NCBI GenBank assembly: GCA_963732675.1
Contig: CAVTAJ010000007.1
Location: 67,146-131,145 of the forward strand
DNA: 64,000 nucleotides
Origin: Nitrospirota bacterium
GTDB taxonomy: Bacteria > Nitrospirota > UBA9217
Reading direction: 5' to 3'
In this document: positions 46,950 through 54,948 of the stretch, piece by piece
Layout: the number at the start of each line of letters is the position of its first letter
Numbering within the stretch: position 1 is the first letter of the stretch
Notes under the pieces: model-generated
The model's input: only the letters and a program-made list of their open reading frames with translations
Database searches by the model: none
Told to the model about the DNA's origin: nothing
Translations under genes and position numbers: made by a program

Positions 46950-47405
46950 ATGGAGCAGACAGACAATGCACACTGTAGTGGAGGAATTGTTTTCTTGTCT
47001 GAGACAGAAAAAAAGATGACACGGGGGATCCAGCGGTATCGTCTCACCTCACCTCGAACGTATTCCCTGGATGTCATTGCTTTCGCCCAGCCCACGCGGA
47101 CAGAACACATTGTCCGGATCGTGGATTTCAGCGTGGTCGGCGTGGGGATAGAGTTGGCTGAACGGATAGAGCCCGGCCTGGTCTATTTCAAGGAACCAGT
47201 GGGTGGTCAGAAGTTCGGCGTGCTGGTCTGGAGCAATCAGCGCGCAGACCGATATCGGGCAGGCATAAAATTCGTGGTCCTGTCCTCCGAAGAGGAAGAA
47301 TATCTCCTGGAGCAGGTTAAACAGCCAGATCTCGACATGGCGCCCGGGGCCCCTGATAAGATCATAGCTTCACTGCTCGAATCCATCCAAAGAGAAACAA
47401 ACTAA
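46950..47405 (+). CDS. PilZ domain protein
   Basis: RGIQRYR (RxxxR) and VDFSVVGVG (DxSxxG) at the appropriate spacing. 151-aa ORF; the start could be Met23. Confidence 0.7.
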   Translation: MEQTDNAHCSGGIVFLSETEKKMTRGIQRYRLTSPRTYSLDVIAFAQPTRTEHIVRIVDFSVVGVGIELAERIEPGLVYFKEPVGGQKFGVLVWSNQRADRYRAGIKFVVLSSEEEEYLLEQVKQPDLDMAPGAPDKIIASLLESIQRETN

Positions 47406-47769
47406 TAGCCACTTTCCGCGACCATGAGAAGGTTATTTCCTTCTCCGCTTGGGCTGCAAAAATGCCGGATCTGTCCGTTCTCTCTCCAACATTGTGACAA
47501 TCGTCCACCAGCTGATCTTTTTCCACATCAGACCTTGTCCGGTAGAAACTTACTTGCAGGTCACGATTGGCTAAACGAAGGTCTAGGCCTCCTGGATGCC
47601 GAGTTCGGCAGCTCATGAATTGGTCGCAACATGCAATAAGATTGGATCATGGATCAGCCGTGCTTCGCGCGAGCAGGGGAGACCTCTATTTATTATTAAT
47701 AGTTCTTGACTTCCCGGTACAGAAGTGTCATTATATCGCTCAGAAGTTCCGGATGTATTTGTAGGGTAA

Positions 47770-47802
47770 CCGCAAAGTACGTTAGGCTTTGCGGATTTTT
47801 TT
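47770..47802 (+). promoter_or_regulatory. Terminator-like hairpin in the cspA upstream region (candidate attenuator, or distal terminator of the PilZ gene)
   Basis: ccgcaaag tacgttagg ctttgcgg followed by attttttt, 45 nt before the cspA ATG. A candidate TTGACT-N17-CATTAT promoter lies at ~47707-47735. Confidence 0.45.
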
Positions 47803-47847
47803 GGCCTTTTCCGTGAGCTTCAATTCCAAAGAAGGAGGTAGCTCACC

Positions 47848-48048
47848 ATGGAAACAGGTACAGTAAAGTGGTTCAATGATTCCAAAGGGTTTGGATTCAT
47901 TACCCGCGAAAAGGGCGGCGATGTGTTCGTTCATTTCGGCGACATTCAGGACAGCGGCTTTAAGTCGTTGGCCGAAGGCCAGCAAGTGCAGTTCGACGTT
48001 GTCGACTCGCCCAAGGGCCCGAAGGCAGCCAACGTTGTAAAGCTCTAA
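47848..48048 (+). CDS. cspA: Cold-shock protein (CspA family)
   Basis: [30 protein letters not shown] with RNP1/RNP2 motifs. 66 aa with a GAAGGAGG RBS. Confidence 0.95.
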   Translation: METGTVKWFNDSKGFGFITREKGGDVFVHFGDIQDSGFKSLAEGQQVQFDVVDSPKGPKAANVVKL

Positions 48049-48067
48049 GCCTACGCGTTAACCTATT

Positions 48068-48102
48068 AAGCAGGTCCTGTTCATTCAGGACCTGCTTTTT
48101 TA
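48068..48102 (+). terminator. Rho-independent terminator of cspA
   Basis: aagcaggtcctg ttcattc aggacctgctt followed by tttttt. Confidence 0.85.
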
Positions 48103-48123
48103 TTGTCTCTCTCCCCGTTCTAC

Positions 48124-48934
48124 CTATCGCAACACCAGCGAGATCGCTCCGGCGCCGCATGCCCCGCGGCACAGGCCGCAGCCAAAACACTTGTGCGGAT
48201 CAATGCGGGCACATGACATGCCATTCCGGGTCACGCTCTCGATCGCGTGAAAGTGGACAGCGCGCATCACATAGCCCGCACCCGGTGCAGAGCGCTTCAT
48301 CCACGTTCGCCACATACTCGGCCCGCTCCATGGTCTCGACACTGGTCCGGGACAGGGTCCTCATGGCAAGACACTCATCAGGTGAACAGTTGCAGATCGC
48401 TCCGATGAACGGTGTCATCATGGTCCAGATGGTATGGACCGACCCGTTCGCCTCCATGGCCTTCATCTGGTCGATGGCCGTGTCCGAGGAGAGCGATTCG
48501 AGGCCCTCGTCCGAGGCCATCCCGAAATATCCCATGTCGATGCCCTTGTACCAGGCCTCGGGCCCATAGCTGACCGCGTAGCAGCAGCGCTCTTCTTTCT
48601 TCCCGATGTTCCAGCGGCAGGCACAGGGCATTCGGACTACGGTCCTGGCCCGGCGCACCACTTCGCTGATCTCCTCGATAGGCAGCACCTGGCCGAAATG
48701 CTCCGCCTTTGCCTTCTGGACCATGGCAACTTTGACCGATTCAGGGAGCTTGCCTTTTTTCCGATAAATGGTCTCAAGCCTCCCGAGTGTCTGGAATCCT
48801 TCGCTGAACGCAGTGGTCAGGAAGTTCTCGATATAGCTGCGGCGTTCAAGGTCTGACAGGAGGTCATCGGCGTAATTTTTCGCGTTCTTATACCAGATCT
48901 TTCCTTCGCCGTGTTTGGTGCAGAGGTCGCACAT
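48124..48934 (-). CDS. Cys-rich Fe-S protein with C-terminal 2x[4Fe-4S] ferredoxin domain (1 frameshift near 48260)
   Basis: MCDLCTKHGEGKIWY...CACRWN...CNCSPDEC...CTGCGLCD. After the break come RCPFHAIE...CFGCGLCRGAC. Confidence 0.6.
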
Positions 48935-49100
48935 GGTTCCATCCTCATAATAAATGGGTTACGTGAAATTGAAAGCTCACTGTTCACAGTTCGATGTTCG
49001 CGCTCCTAAAAGGTACTACGGGAAGAGGGAAATGGCAAGCGAAGAAAATGAGGGAATAAAAAAAGAGCTAGCAGCAATCTGCTAACTCCTTGAATGGTCA

Positions 49101-49175
49101 TGGTGGGCGATGCAGGGTTTGAACCTGCGACCCCTGCCGTGTGAAGGCAGTGCTCTCCCGCTGAGCTAATCGCCC
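49101..49175 (-). tRNA. tRNA-Val (anticodon CAC)
   Basis: GGGCGATTAGCTCAGCGGGAGAGCACTGCCTTCACACGGCAGGGGTCGCAGGTTCAAACCCTGCATCGCCCACCA. It has anticodon loop TTCACAC and an encoded CCA. ORF 49006-49197 in the track is its translation shadow. Confidence 0.9.
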
Positions 49176-49237
49176 GGGAACGGATACTTTTTAACACAGG
49201 GAACGCCGGTTCGTCAAGCTAAATCTCTTCTCTCCAT

Positions 49238-49341
49238 ACCTAACCCGGACAAGCCGGAACCAAAAGGATAAAACCAAAATGCGTCTCTCGCAAAGGCGTA
49301 CCGCTGTTGCAAAGTCGCGGGTCTAAACAAGAACGCAAAGG
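49238..49341. repeat. Dispersed intergenic repeat, copy A: 30-nt module + CGTCTCTCGCAAAG + CGCAAAG-type units
   Basis: acctaacccggacaagccggaaccaaaagg ... gcgtctctcgcaaaggcg ... ttgcaaagtcgcg ... acgcaaagg. The first two blocks recur in inverse orientation at 63431-63491. Confidence 0.8.
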
Positions 49342-49356
49342 AAATCCTGTTGTGGG

Positions 49357-50598
49357 TTAAACCCAAATGATCTGGTCTTTCTCTGCATTGCCTTCGCGGC
49401 TATTTTGTATTCTTCGTGGTGAAGAAGATTTGCTTAGTCCATTGATCAAAATCGCGCATTTCAGATACTGCGTTTCCCGTGCCGCGAGCAGGGCCGGATG
49501 GTCCCTGGCCTGGGAGCGCATTTCCAGGAGCTTTGCCTGCCGACCGGCCGAGTAGGCCGCGTCGATCAGCATTTCCCGGAACAGTTCCTGATCGATATGA
49601 TGGGAGCAGGAGCAGGTCACGAGCACGCCGCCCGGCTCGAGCAGTTTCATGGCGCGCAGGTTGATCTCCTTGTAGCCCTTTAACGCCTCGCGCACCTTTG
49701 CCCTGCTCTTTACGAACGCGGGCGGATCGAGGATGATGCAGCCGAAGCGTTCCCGCTGTTTTTCCAGGACGCGGAGCTCCTCGAACACATCTGCCTTCTT
49801 AAACTGCGCCGCAAGACCGTTCAATGCGGCGTTTTCTGCGGCCAATGCGATCGCCTTCTCCGACGAGTCAAGGCCGATGACCTCTGCCGCGCCGAAACGC
49901 GCTGCCGAGAGCGCCCAGGCGCCTACGTAGCAGAAGCAGTCGAGCGTACGCCTGCCCTGCACATACTCTTTGAGCGCCAGCCGGTTCTCGCGCTGGTCGA
50001 AAAAGAACCCCGTCTTCTGTCCTTCGAGAACGTCAGCGCGGTATTTTATGCCGGACTCCTCGAACGTCACCGGCCCGGAAATTGTTCCGTGCACCACCCG
50101 CGTTTCCCGGGCAAGGCCTTCGATCTCACGCGAGGCCGTGTCGTTCCTGAGCACGATCGCCGTCGGCGCGTATTCTTCCTGCAGTGCGGCGAGGATCTCG
50201 TTCAGCATCCCGTCGATGCCCGCGGTCGAGGACTGGACCACCAGCGTGTCGGCATATTTATCGACAATGAGCCCCGGCAGATCATCCCCTTCGCTGAAGA
50301 TAGCGCGAAAGGAATCGCCGAATCCGAGCATGGTCCGAAGGCTGCGGGCAGCAGCGATCCGCTTTCTGAAAAAATCGCTGTTGATCTCTTCCGGTTTTCT
50401 CGTGAGGAGGCGCACCGCAATAAGGGAGTGTGGATTTATGGTGCCGCGGCCGATGAACCTTCCCGTGTTGTCCAACACATCGACGATCTCGCCGGGTGTG
50501 CATTCAGCGGGAGAACGATCGAGCTCGTTGCTGAACACCCAGGGGTGTCCGCGCAGGATGCGGCGTTCTTCTTTTTTTTTGAGTTTTACGGTTTTCAT
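49357..50598 (-). CDS. rlmI: Class I SAM-dependent 23S rRNA (cytosine-C5) methyltransferase, RlmI-like (PUA + MTase)
   Basis: The likely start is MKTVKLKKKEERRILRGHPWVFSNELD (PUA-like N-terminus). It has FFDQRENR, LDCFCYVGAW and IILDPPAF motifs. Confidence 0.85.
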   Translation of the reverse strand: MKTVKLKKKEERRILRGHPWVFSNELDRSPAECTPGEIVDVLDNTGRFIGRGTINPHSLIAVRLLTRKPEEINSDFFRKRIAAARSLRTMLGFGDSFRAIFSEGDDLPGLIVDKYADTLVVQSSTAGIDGMLNEILAALQEEYAPTAIVLRNDTASREIEGLARETRVVHGTISGPVTFEESGIKYRADVLEGQKTGFFFDQRENRLALKEYVQGRRTLDCFCYVGAWALSAARFGAAEVIGLDSSEKAIALAAENAALNGLAAQFKKADVFEELRVLEKQRERFGCIILDPPAFVKSRAKVREALKGYKEINLRAMKLLEPGGVLVTCSCSHHIDQELFREMLIDAAYSAGRQAKLLEMRSQARDHPALLAARETQYLKCAILINGLSKSSSPRRIQNSREGNAEKDQIIWV

Positions 50599-50613
50599 GA
50601 CGGGGAGAGGCCT

Positions 50614-50705
50614 CGCGCAGAGCGCAAAGAGCATGGCGCAGAGCGTCTGGTGCAACTAATTCCGCCTTACTTACACTCTTTGCACTATGCTCTCTGCCCT
50701 TTGCG
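50614..50705. repeat. CGCAGAG/GCAAAGAG inverted-repeat element between rlmI and the surA-like gene
   Basis: The left arm is cgcgcagagcgcaaagagcatggcgcagagcg. The right arm is cactctttgcactatgctctctgccctttgcg, whose reverse complement is cgcaaagggcagagagcatagtgcaaagagtg. Confidence 0.75.
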
Positions 50706-50711
50706 ACTTGC

Positions 50712-51650
50712 CTACAATCGGTTCTCGATATGCGAATCGCCCCGGAGCGCCTGGAGCCAGCTTCGGTAGGTATTTTCCAATTTCTGTTCGTAGAGGGTCT
50801 TCATGATCTCGTCCTTCACCTTTTCAAAAGGTTTGACCGGCGTTCTCACCTCTTCAAGTTTAATGATATTGTAACCGCCGGCGCAGCGAAACGGGCTTGA
50901 ACTTTCACCCGGCTTGAGCGCGCGAGCCGCTTCCACGATCTCGGGCAGGGCGTCCTCCCGCTGCATGAACCCCAGATCGCCGTCCTGTGAAGCAGTCTCG
51001 CCCTGCGAGGCCTCGCGGACGAGATGAATGAAATCCTCGCCTTTTTGCACGCGTGCATACACGGACTGCGCTTTTTCCTTGATCGCCGCGGCCTGGTCAG
51101 GCGTAGCCTGCTCCGGCACTGCCAGGAATATCCGCCGCACCCGGATCTCCTCAGGCAGCGAGAAGGTTTTCGGGTTGTTCTGATAGAACGCACGGGCCTC
51201 GGCCTCATCCACGTTCACGCCGGAGCGAACGTATTTATTGAACAGGCGCGAAAGCGTGATCTGCTCCCGGAGCTCTTCCTTGTATTGTTCGAAGGTGAGC
51301 CCCTCCTTGGCCAGCGCCACGCTGAATTGCACCATGTCCATGCTGTTCCGTTTCATGATATCGGCGACTGCGTCGTCAAGCTCTTTATCCGTCACATCTA
51401 CGCCCGCCCGCTTCGCGGCTGCCATCTGGAGCTTTCGATCGATCATGTCCTCGAGGACCAGCCGGTCGTCGCGCACCGTGTCGCGCTTCTTCAATGACTC
51501 CTCGCGCTGGAGGTCGCTCAGGGTGATGACCTCGTTGTTCACCACCGCGACCACCCGGTCCACGACCGCCGACCCGCTCGCGACGCCCGGCAGGGTGTTC
51601 GTGAGAAAAATGCCGATCATGGTAATGAATGTCACTAGATATTTCTTCAT
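50712..51650 (-). CDS. SurA-like periplasmic chaperone / parvulin-type peptidyl-prolyl isomerase
   Basis: 312 aa with a signal peptide, SurA N-domain pattern (VVAVVNNEVITLSDL) and a parvulin domain (VRRIFLAV...GDLGFM...GYNIIKLEE). Confidence 0.8.
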   Translation of the reverse strand: MKKYLVTFITMIGIFLTNTLPGVASGSAVVDRVVAVVNNEVITLSDLQREESLKKRDTVRDDRLVLEDMIDRKLQMAAAKRAGVDVTDKELDDAVADIMKRNSMDMVQFSVALAKEGLTFEQYKEELREQITLSRLFNKYVRSGVNVDEAEARAFYQNNPKTFSLPEEIRVRRIFLAVPEQATPDQAAAIKEKAQSVYARVQKGEDFIHLVREASQGETASQDGDLGFMQREDALPEIVEAARALKPGESSSPFRCAGGYNIIKLEEVRTPVKPFEKVKDEIMKTLYEQKLENTYRSWLQALRGDSHIENRL

Positions 51651-51730
51651 GGCTCCACTCCGTGCTTTAGTTTTACGCCTTTTCCTGTTGCCTTTTAGCG
51701 GCGAGTTGATTAATATCCATTACACCTGTT

Positions 51731-52807
51731 ATGAAAATATTCGTTGTTACGTTCACTCTTCTTCTTGCCTTTGTCACCCCCGCTGCTGCTGACCAGCCGG
51801 TGCAGGACGAGATCACCATCGCCGCGGTCGGCGACCTGATGCTCGGCGGAAGGGCCGAGCCATTTCTCAAGGAGTTCGGCCCGGACTACCCTTTCACCGA
51901 CGTTATGCCGTTTCTCTCCCGGGCAGATGTGGTGGTGGGCAACCTTGAGTCTTCGATCTCCACCCGCGGTACCGCTGTGGAGAACAAGAAGTTCACGCTC
52001 CGCGCCGGACCGATCGCCGCACTGGCTCTGAAGAAGGCCGGCATCCGAGTGGTAACGCTCGCGAACAATCATTCGATGGACTTCGGCCCGCTGGCGCTCA
52101 AAGACACCCTCGGGGTACTTGACCAGCATGAGATCCTCTATACCGGCGCAGGCATGGACCTTGATGACGCCCGCTCCCCGGCGGTCCTGAAGATCAAGGG
52201 GAAGACGATCGCCTTCCTCTCCTATTCCCTCACCTTTCCGCTCGAATTCTTCGCATCAGCAAGCAGGCCCGGCACTGCGCCGGGGTACGCGGAATTTGTG
52301 AAATCCGACATTGAAAAGGCGAGGCCCGCGGCGGACCTGATCGTAGTCTCATTCCACTGGGGAGCGGAACTCATGACCGCTGCCAAGGACTACCAGGTCG
52401 AACTGGGCCGCAAGGCCATTGACTGGGGCGCTGACCTCGTGCTTGGCCACCATCCACACGTGCTGCAGGAGCTCGAGATGTACCAGGGCCGGCTCATCGC
52501 CTACAGTCTCGGCAACTTCGTATTCGGGTCAGAGAGCAACCGCACAAACACCAGCATGATACTCCTTTTGACGTTTCAGGGCAAGAGCCTTGCGAGGGTA
52601 GAAGCAGTGCCGCTGGATGTGAACAACTACCGGGTGCAGTACCGGCCGCGTGTGCTCACCGGTAAGGCAGCGCGTGATGTGCTCGAAAGCGTCAACGCCG
52701 GATCAGAACGGTTCAAGACAAAACTGGATATTACGAATGACCGCGGGACGCTCCAGCTGAGCCCGTCAGAGAAAGACGGCGACCCTGCCGAGCATTCATC
52801 CCGATAA
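51731..52807 (+). CDS. CapA-family (poly-gamma-glutamate synthesis/metallophosphatase-like) protein
   Basis: 358 aa with a signal peptide and AAVGDLMLGG, VVGNLES, LANNHSMDFG and SFHWGAE motifs. Confidence 0.8.
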   Translation: MKIFVVTFTLLLAFVTPAAADQPVQDEITIAAVGDLMLGGRAEPFLKEFGPDYPFTDVMPFLSRADVVVGNLESSISTRGTAVENKKFTLRAGPIAALALKKAGIRVVTLANNHSMDFGPLALKDTLGVLDQHEILYTGAGMDLDDARSPAVLKIKGKTIAFLSYSLTFPLEFFASASRPGTAPGYAEFVKSDIEKARPAADLIVVSFHWGAELMTAAKDYQVELGRKAIDWGADLVLGHHPHVLQELEMYQGRLIAYSLGNFVFGSESNRTNTSMILLLTFQGKSLARVEAVPLDVNNYRVQYRPRVLTGKAARDVLESVNAGSERFKTKLDITNDRGTLQLSPSEKDGDPAEHSSR

Positions 52808-53017
52808 CAACCGTTCCCGCGGCTTATCGTTTCAGGCGCGTCACTTTATTAAACCTACAAAACGGTATTTGACGCGAATTATTCGGATAAGGACCGGACA
52901 ACATCGGATTTTTCTTTGGATTGTATTTCACCCATCGGGTGAGGCCTTCCATTTTATTTTCATCCGCTTTTATCATACGGTAATCCGCCCCTTCAGTGTC
53001 CAAATGCTTTTTTCAGG

Positions 53018-54039
53018 TCAACGCGGAGTGGCCGCGGGTCGAGATACCAAATCAGCGTGCTCTCCTGTCCCCTCTAACGGGGTTCCCTGCTCCAGCGCCC
53101 GGTAATTCACCTCAAACTTCGTCCGCGAGCGGAGCTCCGTGAGCCATTGTTTGTACCGTTGGTCCTCTTTTTTCCGCCGCAGCTTCTCGGCTATGTCCTT
53201 AGAGACTTCGTCAAGGCCGACCCTGCCCGCAGGCCGCTTCGCTTCAAGTTTGAAGATGTGGAACCCGTACGGGCTCTTCACGATCCCGCTGATGCCGCCT
53301 ATGGGCAGTGCGAAGACCACGTTGAACTCCGCCGGCATTTCGCCCATGGCAAAATAGCCCAGGTCGCCGCCGTGCTCGGCCTCGGGCGCCGTTGACTTCT
53401 CGCGCGCCAGGGTGGAGAAGTCGGTCCCTGCCTGCAGGAGATCCAGCAGCTTGTGGGCGTCCTGCTCGGTGGCCACCACGATCTGCCGTACCCGGACCTG
53501 CGCAGGCTTCTCAAATTCCAGGGCATTCGTCTGGTAATACCGCCGCACGTCGGACGACGCCACGGTTATGCGCCGGTTCACCTCGCGTGCTACCAGCCGA
53601 TCGATCATCATATCTTCCCAGAGGTCGGATTTCCACTTTTCAAAGTCAATGCCCTGGCTCGCAAGCACTCTTTAACGTCTTTTCCGTACTCTGTGCGAAG
53701 CCCTTCAATTTTTTTGTCGATCTCGGGCAGTCCGACTTTGATCCGCTTCCGCTGGGCCTCGCCCAGCATCATCTTGCGTTCGATAAGCCGGTTGAGGAAC
53801 TCCTCTTTGATCTCGAGCTCGGCTTCGCGCTCGGGCTTGATACCGGTGCGTCCGAACCGTTCCTGAAACTCGGCGAGTGTGATGGGGTCCCCGTTCACTG
53901 TTGCCACGACCCTGCTGTCGGCTGAGACGGTAGGCGCTGGGCCCCGGGGTTTTTCCTCGTTCTTTTTCGTGCAGGAAAAAAAGAGAAGCCCCAGCAGCAG
54001 CACCGGGGCTAAATAATTCGTGAGACGCTGATTATTCAT
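53018..54039 (-). CDS. Lipoprotein parvulin-type peptidyl-prolyl isomerase (PrsA/SurA-like; 1 frameshift near 53660)
   Basis: Lipobox LLFFSC, VATVNGDPITLAEF; after the break, VRVRQIVVAT...GGDLGYFAMGEMPAEF...SPYGFHIFKLE. The 3' end is uncertain. Confidence 0.75.
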
Positions 54040-54047
54040 CGCAGCCG

Positions 54048-54749
54048 TTATTTTTGTTGCCCTTCTTTTTCCGTTGCCGGGGATTTCGTCACGGTGAGGC
54101 CGGACAGGTCCACGGGCTTGGTAAATTCGGCTATTGCGGCATCCAGTGCCTTGTCGTCCACCGAGATCTTGGCCTTGGCCCTGAGTACCTTGGCGTACTC
54201 AAGGTAGAGGTCACGCCGCTTTTCCTGCGTCATCCTCATCTTGAGCTGCGGCGCGATCTCCTGGAGGCTGATCTGCTTGCCCGCTGCCTTGCTGATTTTG
54301 TCCTTGTTCTGGGTGTAGTAATCCCGCACGTCATTGTCCGTTGGCGGCACCACCTTGCTCATTTTGTCGCCCAGTTCCTTCTTCAACAGGCTGTTAAAGA
54401 GATCATTTCTCGCTTCTTCCTGGACCCGGCGCTCCAACTCCTTCTTGAGCTGTTCCTGCCGCTTTTTATACTCCGTGTCCTTGTCCAACGCCTGCCGCTT
54501 TGCTTCCTGGATCACCAGCTCGATCCCGATCAGGTCGTCGAGGAATTCCTTGCGCGCCTTGGGGTCGGCCACCACGGCCTGCTGCATCTGGGGCGCCAGT
54601 TCCTCGATCTGTTTTTTGAAATCCGACGCGGTGATGGTGCCGCGGTTCACCTTGGCCAGAACTGCGCCGTCCTGGCCCTTGGTGCAGCCGGACATCGTGA
54701 TCGCGAGCGCCAGGACAACTAATGTGAGTGCCGAGCTGAACTTCTTCAT
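54048..54749 (-). CDS. SurA N-terminal-domain lipoprotein chaperone (no PPIase domain)
   Basis: 233 aa with lipobox ITMSGC, LAKVNRGTITASDFKKQIE and Lys/Glu-rich helical regions. Confidence 0.65.
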   Translation of the reverse strand: MKKFSSALTLVVLALAITMSGCTKGQDGAVLAKVNRGTITASDFKKQIEELAPQMQQAVVADPKARKEFLDDLIGIELVIQEAKRQALDKDTEYKKRQEQLKKELERRVQEEARNDLFNSLLKKELGDKMSKVVPPTDNDVRDYYTQNKDKISKAAGKQISLQEIAPQLKMRMTQEKRRDLYLEYAKVLRAKAKISVDDKALDAAIAEFTKPVDLSGLTVTKSPATEKEGQQK

Positions 54750-54948
54750 GAAATGATTTCCTCCGGTAAGTGAATTTGCTCCGTTTAGCGAAAGCCGCCG
54801 ATTCCTGCGGGTGGGTAGAGGATTCCCTGGGGATTACGTCTCATAACCACTCTCACCGATCATCGTCTAGGACTGCGCTCTCTACGGGAGTTTACGTCCC
54901 AGGAACAGGCTGTCATCTGTTAAACGAAACGTTCTTTCTTATAACACA

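Noticed and set aside
49006-49197. 63-aa ORF (…AISSAGEHCLHTAGVAGSNPASPT…).
   Set aside because: It is the well-known translation shadow of a tRNA gene (tRNA-Val at 49101-49175).
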